Under the pieces are notes generated by a model that did no database searches, was not told where the DNA came from, and saw only the letters and a list, made by a program, of their open reading frames with translations. From a virus (Duplodnaviria; Caudoviricetes), in IMG/VR virus record IMGVR_UViG_3300028638_000008, positions 10,464-74,463 of that record: a stretch of 64,000 nt of DNA. One strand, 5' to 3'. The translations under genes were made by a program, and so were the position numbers. This document shows positions 17,117-25,903 of this stretch, piece after piece. Position 1 is the first letter of the stretch, and each line of letters starts with the position of its first letter.

Positions 17117-17932
17117 CTACCACCTTTCTGCCAGCTCTCGCAGGCTTTTAATCCGCTTATGCCCGACATAATACCGCTGATTATGTTTTGCGTCCATCAA
17201 AAAACAGCAGATGCCTTGTTTTGTGAGTTCTACAAACGTCTGCATATTGTCGTCAACAAACCAATCGAGTTTTAAATCTTTGATAAAATCAGCCTTTTTC
17301 TCGCCGCTTGAAACAGTAATCACCGGCGCAATAGGGAAGCCGTGAAGATTCAACCATTCTTGAGTCCACTCATTAGGTATCAAGCGGCTGGTGATGTATG
17401 CAGCGGGTTCAAATGGCAATTCCTCGGGCTTAATCAGCGGCTCGATATTCAACCAAAAAGCTTTATCTTGCGATAATTCTTTCATTCTTTCGGGAAAAAG
17501 CGGGTCGAAGTTCCAACAATGCGGGGTCGGTATGTTGTAGCGGGTGCAATAGGCCGGAACAAAGCCCGCTATTGTTTCGTCTATATCTAGGCCAATTCGC
17601 GGGATTTTCATATATCGGTGTTGTCGGTCGTCGCCTTGCGGGTAGTAGCGATAAAAGCTCACAAGAGCCAATGCATTCCAAGCCGCATGAATCATGTGTA
17701 GATTGCCACTCTCAGGATCATTATCTTCGCCGCGCTCAAAAGCTGAAATATGCCTTTTAAGGCTTGCTAGAACTGTAGACCATGCCTGACCTTTTGACCA
17801 GTTGTTATCGCCGTATTTTTCAGCGCCCATTGTGTAAACCTTGGCAAGCTCTTGAATTTGCCAAGGGTCTATTAAATCATGGCGTAGTTTTCCAGTGTTG
17901 AATCTCTTGCCTTCGTGTTTTTGTTCGATCAT
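17117..17932 (-). CDS. dATP/dGTP diphosphohydrolase (DUF5664) domain fused to HAD 5'-nucleotidase-like domain
   Basis: G.RFNTGKLRHDLI..MGAEKYGDNNW.KG..LKRH..GED.DPESG..H..HAAWNAL; then IGLDIDET and FVDDN HAD motifs. Confidence 0.8.
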   Translation of the reverse strand: MIEQKHEGKRFNTGKLRHDLIDPWQIQELAKVYTMGAEKYGDNNWSKGQAWSTVLASLKRHISAFERGEDNDPESGNLHMIHAAWNALALVSFYRYYPQGDDRQHRYMKIPRIGLDIDETIAGFVPAYCTRYNIPTPHCWNFDPLFPERMKELSQDKAFWLNIEPLIKPEELPFEPAAYITSRLIPNEWTQEWLNLHGFPIAPVITVSSGEKKADFIKDLKLDWFVDDNMQTFVELTKQGICCFLMDAKHNQRYYVGHKRIKSLRELAERW

Positions 17933-18111
17933 TTCGTCCCTCTATTTTTCAATTCGTCTTTTAATGAATCCTGAAAAGAAAGCTCAACGCCGTTAGATTC
18001 TTTCCATACAAAGGTCAGCGCGTCATAACAGCCATACTCGTGATTTTCTGTATAAACGATAGCATCTTGCGGCATTTTCTGCAATTCTGCAATCAGTTCT
18101 TTAACGGTCAT
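17929..18111 (-). CDS. Hypothetical protein (paralog of the adjacent gene)
   Basis: MTVKELIAELQKMPQDAIVY. Confidence 0.6.
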   Translation of the reverse strand: MTVKELIAELQKMPQDAIVYTENHEYGCYDALTFVWKESNGVELSFQDSLKDELKNRGTK

Positions 18112-18305
18112 TCTTCATGCCCCCAATCTAACAAAACACCGGTCAGGCCATCGCCCTGATAATGCGATTCGCTTCCGGCTATATCAACAACACGGCCAAT
18201 CGGTGCGGCCACATAACCATCATCATCAAAATAAACCTTTGCATCCATCGGGAATTTTTGAAGTTTTTCAATAAGTTCTTTTACCGTTAATTCAATATTT
18301 TTCAT
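18108..18305 (-). CDS. Hypothetical protein (paralog of the adjacent gene)
   Basis: LTVKELIEKLQKFPMDAKVY. Confidence 0.6.
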   Translation of the reverse strand: MKNIELTVKELIEKLQKFPMDAKVYFDDDGYVAAPIGRVVDIAGSESHYQGDGLTGVLLDWGHEE

Positions 18306-18643
18306 CTCATATCCCCACTTCCACCAATAACCCCGCGATTCTGCCGCGAAGCGAGCTTTTCAATATTAGCGTCTGCAATTTCTTCAAGCTCAAAGCCAAG
18401 CGCTTTTCCAAGGCATGAAACATACCAAAGCACGTCGCCGAGTTCTAACTTGATTGCCTGCCGCTTATCTTCTGGTATCGCAGGCATTTCGCCGTTGCCA
18501 TTATCGCGAATAAGTTTTTTGATTTTATCGGCAACCTCGCCCGCCTCTCCTGCAATGCCAAGGGCAAGATAAGGTATCTGCATTGGCGACTTATCAAGCT
18601 TGAATGTAGACCATGCTGCTTTTTCGTAGGTTTTGAAGTTCAT
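18302..18643 (-). CDS. MazG-like NTP pyrophosphohydrolase
   Basis: LALGIAGEAGEVADKIKK..ELGDVLWYV..NIEKLASR..RG.IGGSGD. Confidence 0.9.
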   Translation of the reverse strand: MNFKTYEKAAWSTFKLDKSPMQIPYLALGIAGEAGEVADKIKKLIRDNGNGEMPAIPEDKRQAIKLELGDVLWYVSCLGKALGFELEEIADANIEKLASRQNRGVIGGSGDMR

Positions 18644-18834
18644 TTTTCCCCCTTAAAATACTTGACCAGCTTCCCGCCGTTAGGAAACAAGATAGCACCC
18701 TCAGAATCTTTTTTCAAGTCTTTCGGCAAACTTTTCACAATTTGCCGCCAAAGGTAAGGGCTGCCGATTAGAACTGTTTCGCCACACAGGGCGGCGTGAA
18801 CGCTGTTGAAGGTTGATAGTGAGGTTTTATTCAT
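18640..18834 (-). CDS. Hypothetical protein
   Basis: ORF track. Confidence 0.5.
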   Translation of the reverse strand: MNKTSLSTFNSVHAALCGETVLIGSPYLWRQIVKSLPKDLKKDSEGAILFPNGGKLVKYFKGEK

Positions 18835-19115
18835 TATTTGATTCTTTCTATTAGCGTTTTTGCTTTTATGTTTGATTCAAGTGTCTTAAATTTCGCATGA
18901 CAAAAACGGCAATTTATTCTTGACTCTGCTTTTAAATGACCATTAGAGTCTAGTCTTTGCCAATAATAACGGTCATGATGCCGCCGATAACTGATAATTT
19001 CATTATTTTTGTGGCAAATCGGGCAGTCAAATTCTACACCTAATATAACTACGTCAAATTCATCTGCACAGCCGTCATCCAAAATATCTATAGAAATATT
19101 AAATGTTTCGTTCAT
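18834..19115 (-). CDS. Hypothetical zinc-finger protein
   Basis: CPIC...CRFC. Confidence 0.55.
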   Translation of the reverse strand: MNETFNISIDILDDGCADEFDVVILGVEFDCPICHKNNEIISYRRHHDRYYWQRLDSNGHLKAESRINCRFCHAKFKTLESNIKAKTLIERIK

Positions 19116-19148
19116 ATTACCCTCGCAGTTGCGCGAATATGTTCAATT

Positions 19149-19376
19149 TCATCGCGGCTTAACATGCCAACCATGCTTTGATTTTATGCCTTGCAACCGA
19201 TATTCTATAAATTCAAGTTCTTTTTGGTAAGAATGGTTAGGCGTTGTTTCGCCGTAGCCGCCTCGCATTGTGCCGCTTGCCAAGCACGCGGAAAGCTGTT
19301 TTTTTGAGCTTTCAAGCTGTTCTCTGTCGAGAGAACAGAGAATCTTATAAATATCTTCTCTGATAAACTTAATCAT
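19149..19376 (-). CDS. Hypothetical protein
   Basis: RBS GAGGTG, first gene after a promoter. Confidence 0.55.
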   Translation of the reverse strand: MIKFIREDIYKILCSLDREQLESSKKQLSACLASGTMRGGYGETTPNHSYQKELEFIEYRLQGIKSKHGWHVKPR

Positions 19377-19420
19377 GCTTTATTGCACCTCTTTTTGATT
19401 TCGTAATTGCTTACAAACCA

Positions 19421-19449
19421 AATATAACACCTTCAACCATTACTTGCAA
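19421..19449 (-). promoter_or_regulatory. Early sigma70 promoter (TTGCAA-N17-TATATT)
   Basis: Repeated promoter family. Confidence 0.75.
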
Positions 19450-19506
19450 GTAAATATTTTTTATCTCTTAAAACCGCACCACAAGCGACTTTGCAAAAAA
19501 AATAAA

Positions 19507-19535
19507 TTGACACAACAAAAAAAAAGTTGTAAAAA
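19507..19535 (+). promoter_or_regulatory. Possible promoter for scaffold/capsid operon (TTGACA-N17-TAAAAA)
   Basis: Consensus -35; divergent from the promoter at 19421. Confidence 0.45.
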
Positions 19536-19626
19536 TAGGGTAGTGGTAAAAATACCGCAGGAATGTGGTTATTTTACCGCAAAAATTTACGGTCTGGAAA
19601 GACCAAAAACGGGAGACTGGAAAGTC

Positions 19627-20415
19627 ATGGCTTTTAAACTGAAGATGAACGAACAGGGTCACGCCGTGGTAGTTGATGGCAAGCCGATTTACGTTGACGA
19701 CGAAGGCAAGGAACTGCCGTTCTGCGCTAACGAGGCTTGGAACAAATACCACACGCTGAATGAAGAAAACAAGAAACGTCGAATGCAGGCGGAAGAACTG
19801 AGCGCGAAGCTCAAAAATTACGAAGGCTTCGACCCCGAAGTTATCAAGAGAAATGCTGAGATTGCTGAAAAGTTTAAAGAACATGAAGCAATCAAAAACG
19901 GTGAAATCGAAAAGCTGAAAAACGAACTTGTTACCACTTCTGAGAAGAAAATCAAAGAATGGGAACAGAAATACAATCAGCTTAACGAAGCCGCTAGACA
20001 GCGTGAAGAACGCCTTAACAACGAAATTAACAACAGCATTCTTGATTCAATGTTTTCTGGCAGCGAATACGTGAAGAAGAACGTAGAAATGCCGGTTCGC
20101 GGGCTTAGAGCACTTTTCGCCAATCGTTTCAAGGTAGACCCGGAAACCCGCAAGGTTTACGCGGTAGATGAAGAAGGCAATACGCTTCTGAGTGAAAACA
20201 AAATTGGCGCGGTGGCAAGTTTTGAAGAAGCCCTTGAACTGCTGATTAAACGTGACCCTGACCGTGACAGAATTTTGAAACCGACAGGCGTAGCAGGCGG
20301 CGGTATGCAGAGAAACGGCAAAGGCATTACCAATGCAGACGAAGCATATCTGAATGACCCGAAAGTCAGCCCGGTTGACAAACAGAATTTTTTACGTAAG
20401 CGGCAACTTGCATAA
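19627..20415 (+). CDS. Capsid scaffolding protein (DUF6651-like)
   Basis: MAFKLKMNEQGHAVVVDGKPIYVDDEGKELPF..; coiled-coil; LIKRDPDRDRILK..GGG; directly upstream of the capsid gene; ATG 19627 with RBS. Confidence 0.75.
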   Translation: MAFKLKMNEQGHAVVVDGKPIYVDDEGKELPFCANEAWNKYHTLNEENKKRRMQAEELSAKLKNYEGFDPEVIKRNAEIAEKFKEHEAIKNGEIEKLKNELVTTSEKKIKEWEQKYNQLNEAARQREERLNNEINNSILDSMFSGSEYVKKNVEMPVRGLRALFANRFKVDPETRKVYAVDEEGNTLLSENKIGAVASFEEALELLIKRDPDRDRILKPTGVAGGGMQRNGKGITNADEAYLNDPKVSPVDKQNFLRKRQLA

Positions 20416-20470
20416 GGTGGAAACCGGCGCGGTTGTCAGAGTTGACAACTAATAACAGGAGAATTTTAAA

Positions 20471-21415
20471 ATGGCTCTTACTCTTATCGAATCTGCCAAA
20501 CTGCACCGCATGAATGGCAACCACGTCGAAGCTAACATTGTTGAAATGTTTGCTATGTCGAACAGGCTCATGCAGATTCTGCCGTTCAAAACCATTAACG
20601 GCTCTGCATACAAATACAATCAGGAAGGCGAGCTTCCCGGCGTTGCTTTCCGTGGCGTTAACGGTTCATTCGACGAATCAACTGGCGTCATCAACCCGCA
20701 GGTCGAACCCCTGCACATCTCTGGCGGCGATCTTGACGTAGACGTTTTTATCGTTAAGACCGAAGGCGAAGAAGCCCGCTCGATTCACGAAAACATGAAA
20801 ATCAAAGCCGTTGCTAACGATTTTCAGCGCGTTACCTTCAAGGGCGATTCTTCGACCAACCCGAAAGAACCTGATGGACTTCAGCGCAGACTTACCGGCG
20901 ATCAGGTAATCAGCAACAAGCGTGCTAACTCTCCTGCAGGTGGCGAAGTTCTCAGCCTTGCCAAACTCGACGATGCTATCAATGCCGTTTACAATCCGAC
21001 CCACATTTTCGTCAACAAAAAGATGCACAGCCGCCTTTCTCAGGCCGCCCGCAATACTTCGGTTGGCGGTAACATTCAGTGGGCACCGAATGAATTTGGT
21101 AAGCAGGTTATGATGTATGGCGACCTGCCGATTATCCCGCTTGAAGATGCTTCAGGCCGCGACCTTGTTCTGCCGTTCACCGAAACCTCATCTGACGGCG
21201 CTAGTACTGACTGCACCAGCATCTACGTTGTAAGCGTTGGCGAAGAAGGCTTCACTGCTATTCAGAACAGCGACATGGAAGTGCGCGACCTCGGCGAAAT
21301 CGACAGCAAGCCTGTTTATCGCACCCGCGTTGAATGGTATATCAGCATTTGTCTGAAACATGGCCGCTGTGCTGCCCGCCTGATGGACATCATCGACGGC
21401 GCTGTTGTAGCTTAA
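20471..21415 (+). CDS. Major capsid protein (HK97 fold)
   Basis: MALTLIESAKL..LPFKTING.AYKYNQEGELPGVAFRGVNG..GGDLDVD..FKGDS..DGL..RVEWY; strong RBS; biased codon use. Confidence 0.9.
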   Translation: MALTLIESAKLHRMNGNHVEANIVEMFAMSNRLMQILPFKTINGSAYKYNQEGELPGVAFRGVNGSFDESTGVINPQVEPLHISGGDLDVDVFIVKTEGEEARSIHENMKIKAVANDFQRVTFKGDSSTNPKEPDGLQRRLTGDQVISNKRANSPAGGEVLSLAKLDDAINAVYNPTHIFVNKKMHSRLSQAARNTSVGGNIQWAPNEFGKQVMMYGDLPIIPLEDASGRDLVLPFTETSSDGASTDCTSIYVVSVGEEGFTAIQNSDMEVRDLGEIDSKPVYRTRVEWYISICLKHGRCAARLMDIIDGAVVA

Positions 21416-21421
21416 CCTCAC

Positions 21422-21450
21422 CGGGCGGGGTTAATCCCCCGCCCTTTTAA
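21422..21450 (+). terminator. Intrinsic terminator after the capsid gene
   Basis: GGGCGGGG-ttaat-CCCCGCCC+TTTT. Confidence 0.75.
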
Positions 21451-21474
21451 CCCTTTAAGGAGCAAGATTTAAAA

Positions 21475-21909
21475 ATGTCAAGAAATATTCACCTCGGCAC
21501 TCTCGATGATCTCCGCATTCTGAAAGATGCAGGCGCTATTACCGCTTCTGCCGCTGGCACCGTTGGCGGTTCTGCAAAAGTTATCGACCTTGGCGAAGCT
21601 CGCACCGATGCAAAAGCTATTGTAAACGTAACTGCCGCAGGCACCGGCACCGGCGAAAAACAGGTTATCAATATTCAGGTTTCTGACGACAACTTCGCAG
21701 GCGACATTTACAATGTTGCAGTGCTTGAGCTTGGCGATGCTGGTCAGCTTGTTGGCGATACCGATGTGGGCGTTGGCACTTATGAACTGCCGTTCACCAA
21801 TGTTATCAACGGCGTTGTTAAGCCTTACGTGCGCGTATATGCCACCATTACCGATGTATCGCCTGATACCTCGCTGAACTACGAATGTCATCTTGTGCCG
21901 CTGAAATAA
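21475..21909 (+). CDS. Head decoration/cement protein (Bbp16-like)
   Basis: Position after the capsid gene; beta-rich, IDLG..IQVSDD..PYVRVY. Confidence 0.55.
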   Translation: MSRNIHLGTLDDLRILKDAGAITASAAGTVGGSAKVIDLGEARTDAKAIVNVTAAGTGTGEKQVINIQVSDDNFAGDIYNVAVLELGDAGQLVGDTDVGVGTYELPFTNVINGVVKPYVRVYATITDVSPDTSLNYECHLVPLK

Positions 21910-21919
21910 GGGGTAACGC

Positions 21920-22258
21920 ATGAAAGTTGTTGATGAAATCAAGGAACGTGTCAGCAAGGCGGATAAACCCGGCTCTTATCGCCCTTATATCACTCTGTTT
22001 AACAAAGTGACCGGCGCGACTAAGGTATTCCCGGCTCTTGATGCCGTTGCTGCGCTCAGCTTGCCGAATAGCAAATGGTCAAAAGAGCCTGTCACTGCCG
22101 CCGCTCCGGTTGTGGTTGCAAAACCGCTTTCTGAAGCAGTCGTAGAAAAGGCGCCTGAACCCGTTGCAAACCCTGACGAAGCCATGCCGCTTCCGGTTGC
22201 TGAAGAACAGCCCGAAGAAAGACCGGCAAGGCGCGGCAGACGGCCTGCTGAATACTAA
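21920..22258 (+). CDS. Hypothetical protein, Pro/Ala/Glu-rich C-terminus
   Basis: ORF track; position in the head module. Confidence 0.6.
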   Translation: MKVVDEIKERVSKADKPGSYRPYITLFNKVTGATKVFPALDAVAALSLPNSKWSKEPVTAAAPVVVAKPLSEAVVEKAPEPVANPDEAMPLPVAEEQPEERPARRGRRPAEY

Positions 22259-22319
22259 CAAAGCCGGGGCTGGTTGAGCAATCGGCCAGCCCCTTTCTTT
22301 TGCTTTAAGGGAGCGTAAA

Positions 22320-22862
22320 ATGCCTGTATCGCCTGATTTATTAATCGTTGAGGACGGCTCAATCGTTGCTGATGCTAATTCTTACATTACATACGATTAC
22401 GCCGAAAACTATCACGCATTGCGCGGCAATTCCGCATGGGCGGCGGGCGACCCTTCCGAAAAGCAATACGCAATCATTCGCGCAACTCAGGCAGTTGATT
22501 CAATATACAAAGGCCAATGGGAAGGCTCGCAGACGGAATACGGCACACAAGAGCTTGAATGGCCGCGTCAAGGCGTATGGGTTGGCGATGTTGAAATAGC
22601 CGATGATACCATACCGACTGCGCTGAAAAAAGCCGTTTGTGAAGCCGCATTGCGAGAGCTTGCAAGCCCTAACAGTATGATGCCTGATCTCGATCGGGGC
22701 GGCAAAATCAAAAGAGTTAAAGCCGATACCGTCGAAGTCGAATACTCAGAAGGCGCAAGCTCGACCACTTCATTCACGGCCATTGATGGGCTTCTAGTTG
22801 ATTTAATCGCGGGCGCAAGTGCAGATGGGCTTGCATCTTATGACATTGAGTTAGGCGGCTAA
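22320..22862 (+). CDS. Head-tail adaptor (DnaT-like domain)
   Basis: LIVEDGS.VADANSYI..YHALRGN.AW..Q.LEWPR..VCEAALR. Confidence 0.8.
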   Translation: MPVSPDLLIVEDGSIVADANSYITYDYAENYHALRGNSAWAAGDPSEKQYAIIRATQAVDSIYKGQWEGSQTEYGTQELEWPRQGVWVGDVEIADDTIPTALKKAVCEAALRELASPNSMMPDLDRGGKIKRVKADTVEVEYSEGASSTTSFTAIDGLLVDLIAGASADGLASYDIELGG

Positions 22863-22864
22863 TC

Positions 22865-23224
22865 ATGGGCTTGTTAGACGGTGGCATAAAATCAATCGTT
22901 GGAAATGCCTTACAGGGTATTTTTCTCGATTTTTCTATCATTAAGAAAACTGTAACCCCCGGCGCTGACCCGTGGCAACCTTCAATTACCACTGAAACCG
23001 TCACCGCTTGCAAGGCCATTGTTACCCGCTTCAAATACCACGAAATCGACGGCGAGCGTGTTAAAATGGAAGACCGCAAAATCATTATACTTGCCGAAGG
23101 CTTGGCTGTTGTGCCCGAAATTGGCGATTATATGAAGGGTTCTACTGACTCACGGCGTTATCAGGTTGTCAGCCCGGTTACAAAAGACCCGGCAGGCGCG
23201 ACTTATGTTGTGCAGGCGCGTTAA
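22865..23224 (+). CDS. Head closure / head-tail joining protein
   Basis: Position; DGERVKMEDRKIII..DPAGATYVVQAR. Confidence 0.7.
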   Translation: MGLLDGGIKSIVGNALQGIFLDFSIIKKTVTPGADPWQPSITTETVTACKAIVTRFKYHEIDGERVKMEDRKIIILAEGLAVVPEIGDYMKGSTDSRRYQVVSPVTKDPAGATYVVQAR

Positions 23225-23697
23225 TGGCAAAGAAAAGCTATAAAATCGACGGTTTTATCGCAGAAATGAAGTCTTTTCAAGATAAGATTCTGCCTGAAAC
23301 TTTCGTGGCTTTTCAGAAATGGGTTGCACTTGAAGTTTATAAGCGAATCATGCAAAAAACACCCGTTGATGAAGGCATTTTGCGCGGCTCTTGGACGATA
23401 AGCGTTGGTCAGCAAGATAAGACTGAAGCCAATCGCAAAACAAGCGCAAATCAGGGCGATTCTATGGCCCCCGACGAATTAGCCTTTTTCACATCTGGTG
23501 TTGCGCAAATGAACAATCTTGAAATCGGGCAGATAGTTTGGATTAATAACGCGATGCCGTATGTTTTGCGCATTGAGTTTGATGGGCACTCAAGCGTTAA
23601 AGCGCCGAACGGCATGGTTCGTTTAAGTATTCAGGAAGTTAAAACATACTTTAAATCTATCAAAAACGTGAAAATTACTCCGACAAAAGGCAAATAA
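23224..23697 (+). CDS. Tail completion/neck protein (HK97 gp10-like)
   Basis: TPVDEGILRGSW..INNAMPY..RIEFDGHS.KAPNGMVR. Confidence 0.8.
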   Translation: MAKKSYKIDGFIAEMKSFQDKILPETFVAFQKWVALEVYKRIMQKTPVDEGILRGSWTISVGQQDKTEANRKTSANQGDSMAPDELAFFTSGVAQMNNLEIGQIVWINNAMPYVLRIEFDGHSSVKAPNGMVRLSIQEVKTYFKSIKNVKITPTKGK

Positions 23698-24147
23698 ATG
23701 ACAGCGCCAACAAATTACAAATCAGAATATCAAGCGATAGCCGGTATTTTCAATGCGGGTTGGAAACAAGGCTCGCCCGCTGTTTATATCACGCCTATTT
23801 TGTGGCCCGGTGTTAATTCGGCCATACCAACCGACGCCAACGGTGAGCAGGTTAATCACGTTAGATTTTTCATAACCAACGGCGAGGCACAGCAAATCAG
23901 CGTAGGCGCACCCGGCGCTAATGTTTTTCGGCACCCCGGCATTGTTTCTTGCAAGATTTACACAAAATCAAACCTTGGCGAAATTCCCGCAAAAGAGTTA
24001 GCCGATAAATTTTGTGCAATTTTTCGTAACGCAAACACGCCCGGAATTAGGTTCGACGCGCCCTACAGTGTTATAATAGGGCAGACTGAAAATGGCTTTT
24101 ATCAAATCAACTGTTTTGCCCCGTTTGAGCGGGATTCATTACTTTAA
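23698..24147 (+). CDS. Tail terminator protein
   Basis: Position before the tail tube gene; FRHPGIV..IYT..A..LAD..FR. Confidence 0.7.
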   Translation: MTAPTNYKSEYQAIAGIFNAGWKQGSPAVYITPILWPGVNSAIPTDANGEQVNHVRFFITNGEAQQISVGAPGANVFRHPGIVSCKIYTKSNLGEIPAKELADKFCAIFRNANTPGIRFDAPYSVIIGQTENGFYQINCFAPFERDSLL

Positions 24148-24160
24148 AGGAGATTTTTAA

Positions 24161-25078
24161 ATGAACAGTTCTGAAACCACAATCGGCATTTTGGCCGAAA
24201 CCACATGGGGCGAATTACCATCACCGGCAGTATTTACCCCGGTTCGCTTCACGGGCGAAACTCTGAAAATTGGCCGTGAGTATGTTGAAAGTGAAGAAAT
24301 AGAGCCAAGCGGCAACGTTACTGATTCAATTATGGTTGGTGGCGACGCTTCTGGCGGGTTTGATGCAGAATTTAGCTATGGCACTTTCGACGCCCTTATC
24401 GAGTCAGCACTTAGAAGCACATGGTCAACTAATGTAATCAAAAATGCCGTTACTCAGAAATCTTTTCACATTCAGAAAAAGCAGACTGGCGGCGGCGATG
24501 CAGCGGTATATGAGCTTTACAAGGGCATGGTTGTCAACACAATGGCAATCAATATCAGCGCAAAAGCCAAAACAACCGTATCTTTCACTTTTGCGGGCAA
24601 AAATGGCGTTACGGGCACCGCCCCGACCGGCTCTTTCGGCTCTGCAACTGATACCGCCATTCTCGACGCCTCTAACGCTTTCGTGCTTGATAAAGCTTTC
24701 GGCCCTTCGCCGCTGCCTAAGCTTATGAGTATGACTATCAATATCGACAACGGCCTGACTGGTAGACCCGTAGCCGGTTCAGTAGACCTGCTCAGGATTT
24801 CGCAGAGTAGATGTAGGGTTACTGGTTCTGCAAGTTTCTACTTTCAGAATAAGGCTATGATGGACTTGTTTCTTGCAGGCACCGGCGGCGAGCTTGCTGT
24901 AACTCTCGGCAAGGTTACCGGCGAAAAGTATTCAATCTCTATGCCTTCGGTTAAAATCACTGACGCAGACCATTTCAGCCCGAACAATGAAGATGATGTT
25001 ATGCTGAATATCACTTGGCAGGCGTCAAAAGACACCACCCTTGGCGCAACTATCGAAATCACCCGCGCCGTAGCGTAA
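24161..25078 (+). CDS. Major tail tube protein
   Basis: AETTWGELP..RFTGETL..SEEI..GGF..EFSYG; Siphoviridae tube position. Confidence 0.85.
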   Translation: MNSSETTIGILAETTWGELPSPAVFTPVRFTGETLKIGREYVESEEIEPSGNVTDSIMVGGDASGGFDAEFSYGTFDALIESALRSTWSTNVIKNAVTQKSFHIQKKQTGGGDAAVYELYKGMVVNTMAINISAKAKTTVSFTFAGKNGVTGTAPTGSFGSATDTAILDASNAFVLDKAFGPSPLPKLMSMTINIDNGLTGRPVAGSVDLLRISQSRCRVTGSASFYFQNKAMMDLFLAGTGGELAVTLGKVTGEKYSISMPSVKITDADHFSPNNEDDVMLNITWQASKDTTLGATIEITRAVA

Positions 25079-25134
25079 CGAACTTGAGCGGGGTAGCAAT
25101 ACCCCGCTTTAAATAAAACATAGGAGAAATCAAA

Positions 25135-25563
25135 ATGGCGGATATCAAAAAACTTTTCGGAACCAACAAGCAGAAAGAATCAGAAGGCACTTTCGTTTCA
25201 ATCGGCAACGGCATTGAAGTTAAAGTAAAACGCGCTGGCACGGCCAATAAAGACTTCACTTTTGCTCAGGCAAAGATGCTTAGACCCTATTCAAAGCAGA
25301 TTCAGGCGGGCACCGTAGACCCGGCAGACCTTACCGCGATTAACATTAAGCTATTTGCTGACCACGTTGTCACCGATTGGAAGGGCGTCGAGATTGATTG
25401 CGTCGAGATTCCTTTCAGCAAAAAGGCATTTATCGAACTCTCAAAAGAAATGCCTGATTTTTTCTCTGAAGTATTTAACGCGGCCTATGAAATGCAGAAT
25501 TTCAAAGACGCAGAGGACGATGAACTGTTGGGAAAGCCAGAGAGTTCTACCGATACCGATTAA
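25135..25563 (+). CDS. Tail assembly chaperone (gpG-like)
   Basis: Between tube and tape measure genes; VKRAGTAN..VTDWKGV. Confidence 0.85.
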   Translation: MADIKKLFGTNKQKESEGTFVSIGNGIEVKVKRAGTANKDFTFAQAKMLRPYSKQIQAGTVDPADLTAINIKLFADHVVTDWKGVEIDCVEIPFSKKAFIELSKEMPDFFSEVFNAAYEMQNFKDAEDDELLGKPESSTDTD

Positions 25564-25892
25564 ACTACCGCGAATTATGGGAAGTCTTTCAAAAAGACAC
25601 TGACGAAACGGGGAAACTGCATGAGAAGCTTGCTAATGCGCCATCGTTGCCTCAAGTGTGCGAGCCGTTTTGGAACGCATACGGCGAATTGTCCGGCAGT
25701 AGGGGCTATTCAGAATGTATCCCCGTTTCGGAAGTTAAAGCCTATTGCGAGTTTTACGGTATTAACGATGATTGGTGCAAGTCTTTTCTTATGGCGTTCT
25801 CAGCAGAGTTAAACTGCGAATTACTCGAATACAAAGAACGTCAGCGGGAAATCGAACAAAGTAGAAACAAGATAGGGCGTAAAACTAAGTAA
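25530..25892 (+). CDS. -1 frameshift extension of the chaperone (gpGT-like); slippery site G GGA AAG at 25530-25536
   Basis: Same heptamer as lambda G-T; the -1 frame is open from 25530 to the stop at 25892 (GKAREFYRY...PQVCEPFWNAYGELSGSRG). Confidence 0.85.
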   Translation, partial: GKAREFYRYRLNYRELWEVFQKDTDETGKLHEKLANAPSLPQVCEPFWNAYGELSGSRGYSECIPVSEVKAYCEFYGINDDWCKSFLMAFSAELNCELLEYKERQREIEQSRNKIGRKTK

Positions 25893-25903
25893 GGCGGTGG
25901 CTT

